The notes under the pieces were generated by a model. The model saw nothing but the letters and a program-made list of their open reading frames with translations, did no database searches and was not told the DNA's origin. Below are positions 26,872-28,359 of a DNA stretch of 28,359 bases, one piece after another; the first letter of the stretch is position 1; each line of letters begins with the position of its first letter. Source of the DNA: Planctomycetota bacterium (GTDB lineage: Bacteria > Planctomycetota > SZUA-567 > H5-PLA8); the NCBI GenBank assembly GCA_045863855.1, contig BTVV01000079.1, positions 1 to 28,359 of the forward strand. The letters are read 5' to 3'. A program made the translations under genes and the position numbers.

Positions 26872-26927
26872 GGCACGGAGCAAGCACACACCGCTTGCTC
26901 CGTGGCACCCGCTCCCGGCCACCCGCC
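26872..26927 (+). repeat. REP-like hairpin + tail, unit 2
   Basis: Perfect 12-bp stem CACGGAGCAAGC (26874-26885) / GCTTGCTCCGTG (26893-26904), then GCACCCGCTCCCGGCCACCCGCC. Confidence 0.85.
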
Positions 26928-27034
26928 AGGAAACCGGCCCAGTTCCAGGCTTTCAGGAGGACGAAGTTCGAATACCTTATGGTTCATTGGAAGAGCTGAA
27001 TAGGAGGACTACGGATAGGAGACTTATACCTTGA
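26927..27034 (+). pseudogene. Headless 3' gene remnant (QETGPVPGFQEDEVRIPYGSLEELNRRTTDRRLIP*), possible toxin C-terminal tip
   Basis: Open frame from the repeat boundary to TGA 27032-27034, which overlaps the TTG start (27031) of the next gene as TTGA. Confidence 0.45.
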
Positions 27035-27321
27035 ATTGTCGAGTCGGCACTATTCTGAAGGGTACTGTTGAGCGAATTGCACATTTCGGCATCTTCGTAA
27101 GGCTGCTCGACGGATCTGTAGGATTTGTTGACTTAGTAAATATTCCTAGAGATGCCACGGGAACTCGCAAGTTTCCTGAGTTGGGGAGCCTTTTCGAATT
27201 TGTTGTGATTGGATTGGATGGCGAAGATGTGAGATTGAGCCAGCTGGCTGAAGACCTTGAAAATGCGAAGTCAGGAAAATTGCCTAATAGCCGATTTGGA
27301 CCCTTCAAGCCTAGGCATTAA
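27031..27321 (+). CDS. Stand-alone S1 (OB-fold) domain protein, low GC
   Basis: VGTILKGTVERIAHFGIFVRL..GSVGFV…ELGSLFEFVVIGLDGEDVRLS is an S1 signature. AGGAG at 27017-27021. Confidence 0.85.
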   Translation: MNCRVGTILKGTVERIAHFGIFVRLLDGSVGFVDLVNIPRDATGTRKFPELGSLFEFVVIGLDGEDVRLSQLAEDLENAKSGKLPNSRFGPFKPRH

Positions 27322-27353
27322 AAATCGTGGCCGTATGTGTCAAAAAAGTTCGT

Positions 27354-27576
27354 GTGGCGGGTGGCCCGCACAAACCGCATGCTTGTGTGGGTGCCGAAGG
27401 CACAAGAGGCGTGCGGGACACTCGAATTCGATGAGGGCAAATGTGGTGACAGGAAGCGACCGTGGACTTGCAGGCTTCTGAGGCGGTACGCACCCATCCA
27501 TAGCGTACGCTCACGAGCGCCTCTTGTTCGCAAGCTCACCCACACCAATCTGCGATTTGTGTGGGCCACCCGCCAC
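27354..27576. mobile_element. REPIN/MITE-like element with ~60-bp imperfect terminal inverted repeats
   Basis: The left arm GTGGCGGGTGGCCCGCACAAACCGCATGCTTGTGTGGGTG…ACAAGAGGCG is the imperfect reverse complement of the right arm CGCCTCTTGT…CACCCACACCAATCTGCGATTTGTGTGGGCCACCCGCCAC. Each arm is itself a hairpin. Confidence 0.78.
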
Positions 27577-27595
27577 CCGCTCCCGGCCACCCGCC
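27575..27595 (+). repeat. Third copy of the tail ACCCGCTCCCGGCCACCCGCC
   Basis: 21/21 identical to 26907-26927. Confidence 0.85.
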
Positions 27596-27636
27596 ATTAC
27601 GCGTGCCGCAGCCTGAGCAACCATAGGAGACTTCGC

Positions 27637-28359
27637 GTGCGATCAAGAAATTTGCAGATACTGGCATATTTACTATTGCCGCCAATGCTTCTTGTGCCCT
27701 CTATTGAATTACGAGGGGAGGAATTGACAGAAGATGAAATATGTATTTTGCTAGAAAAAGCAATACAAGTTCGCGGGCCAGAATACATGGCTATTCGTGC
27801 GAAAGTGCTGGAGGCAAAGAATATTCTAATACCAATACTAGCAAAGAGACTATTGAATGAGGTTGATGTTGAGAAAAAGTTGGTATTTGAGGCGCTGCTT
27901 GGCTGGTGCCTGTATCAAGATCACTATAGCGCGATAGAGAAAGCGCTTAGCATAGGTGACAGAAGTGCCCCACCTGAATGGCATGGGGAGGGGCATGTTA
28001 TGCCTGCATATGCAGAGGCTCTTCTTAAACTCGATCCACCAGAAGGCCTAGAAGATCGACTGAGTTGGTTTTTAAAATGTCTTAGGCGGCTAGAGAGTAG
28101 AGATGACCCAAGATGTATATTTGTCTTGCTGTACTACTCAATGAAAATTGATGACAATTCAAAGCTTAAGCGCGCTGCACTAATGTCGATACGGCATGCC
28201 TTTGCACTCCCTCGAGGATTGGATCGGCACTTTATATTAGTCCTAGATACGCGTTGGTTGACGTGGTTATTAAAAACGGCTGCCGAAGATGGCGCTAGTA
28301 GCGTGCGATCATCAGCGCTGAATTTACTTGGGTTTTTCGTCAATTCAGGTGCGACCCAA
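27637..28359 (+). CDS. Low-GC hypothetical helical (HEAT-like) protein with N-terminal hydrophobic segment, 3'-partial
   Basis: Not in the ORF track because it has no stop in the window. GTG 27637 follows AGGAG (27625-27629) and opens 241 uninterrupted codons: MRSRNLQILAYLLLPPMLLVPS…AAEDGASSVRSSALNLLG…. Confidence 0.8.
   Translation, partial: MRSRNLQILAYLLLPPMLLVPSIELRGEELTEDEICILLEKAIQVRGPEYMAIRAKVLEAKNILIPILAKRLLNEVDVEKKLVFEALLGWCLYQDHYSAIEKALSIGDRSAPPEWHGEGHVMPAYAEALLKLDPPEGLEDRLSWFLKCLRRLESRDDPRCIFVLLYYSMKIDDNSKLKRAALMSIRHAFALPRGLDRHFILVLDTRWLTWLLKTAAEDGASSVRSSALNLLGFFVNSGATQ

Noticed and set aside
26115..27003. Short ORFs across the parS and repeat region
   Set aside because: Low-complexity translations of repeats and regulatory DNA without RBS or coding bias.
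26713..27595. CRISPR array or classical integron attC sites
   Set aside because: Spacing is irregular (158 and 668 bp between tails), the intervals contain genes, and there are no cas or intI genes and no RYYYAAC/GTTRRRY ends.
27024..28343. Minus-strand ORFs 27024-27308, 27597-27788 and 28134-28343
   Set aside because: Antisense to the S1 gene and the long plus-strand ORF, both of which have RBSs.

Overview
High-GC (roughly two-thirds G+C by eye) bacterial chromosomal segment, probably from a planctomycete (inferred from the ThiD2-ThiE fusion, an 'FSLRSLLL' membrane motif, the DegT/ceramidase-like/amidohydrolase gene mix and GGCCACCC-ending palindromes). From left to right: a truncated IS256 transposase; a SAM methyltransferase and a YhaM-like HD nuclease; two paralogous divergent modules, each a secreted LTXXQ (Spy/CpxP-like) protein plus an AraC regulator, with a TPR gene between them; a small protein; an SGNH-like hydrolase, a sigma54 activator with a degenerate receiver domain and a TauE/SafE transporter; paired TGTCA-N6-TGACA sites and a -24/-12 promoter ahead of a five-gene operon (2x DegT aminotransferase, CE4 deacetylase, amidohydrolase, ceramidase-like); a membrane protein and a TolC; an AraC divergent from an MDR dehydrogenase and a sugar-phosphate isomerase; obg; thiE and a NYN gene; and a perfect parS palindrome. 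The most unusual part is the last ~1.7 kb. REP-like hairpins ending in a shared CCGCT(C/T)CCGGCCACCCGCC tail delimit AT-rich segments. Two of these segments begin with a headless gene 3' end (one with an ADP-ribosyltransferase-like FxExEVxIP motif), followed closely by an intact gene. This resembles a repeat-delimited array of captured toxin-tip/immunity cassettes. That reading is an inference, and the array runs off the end of the window.
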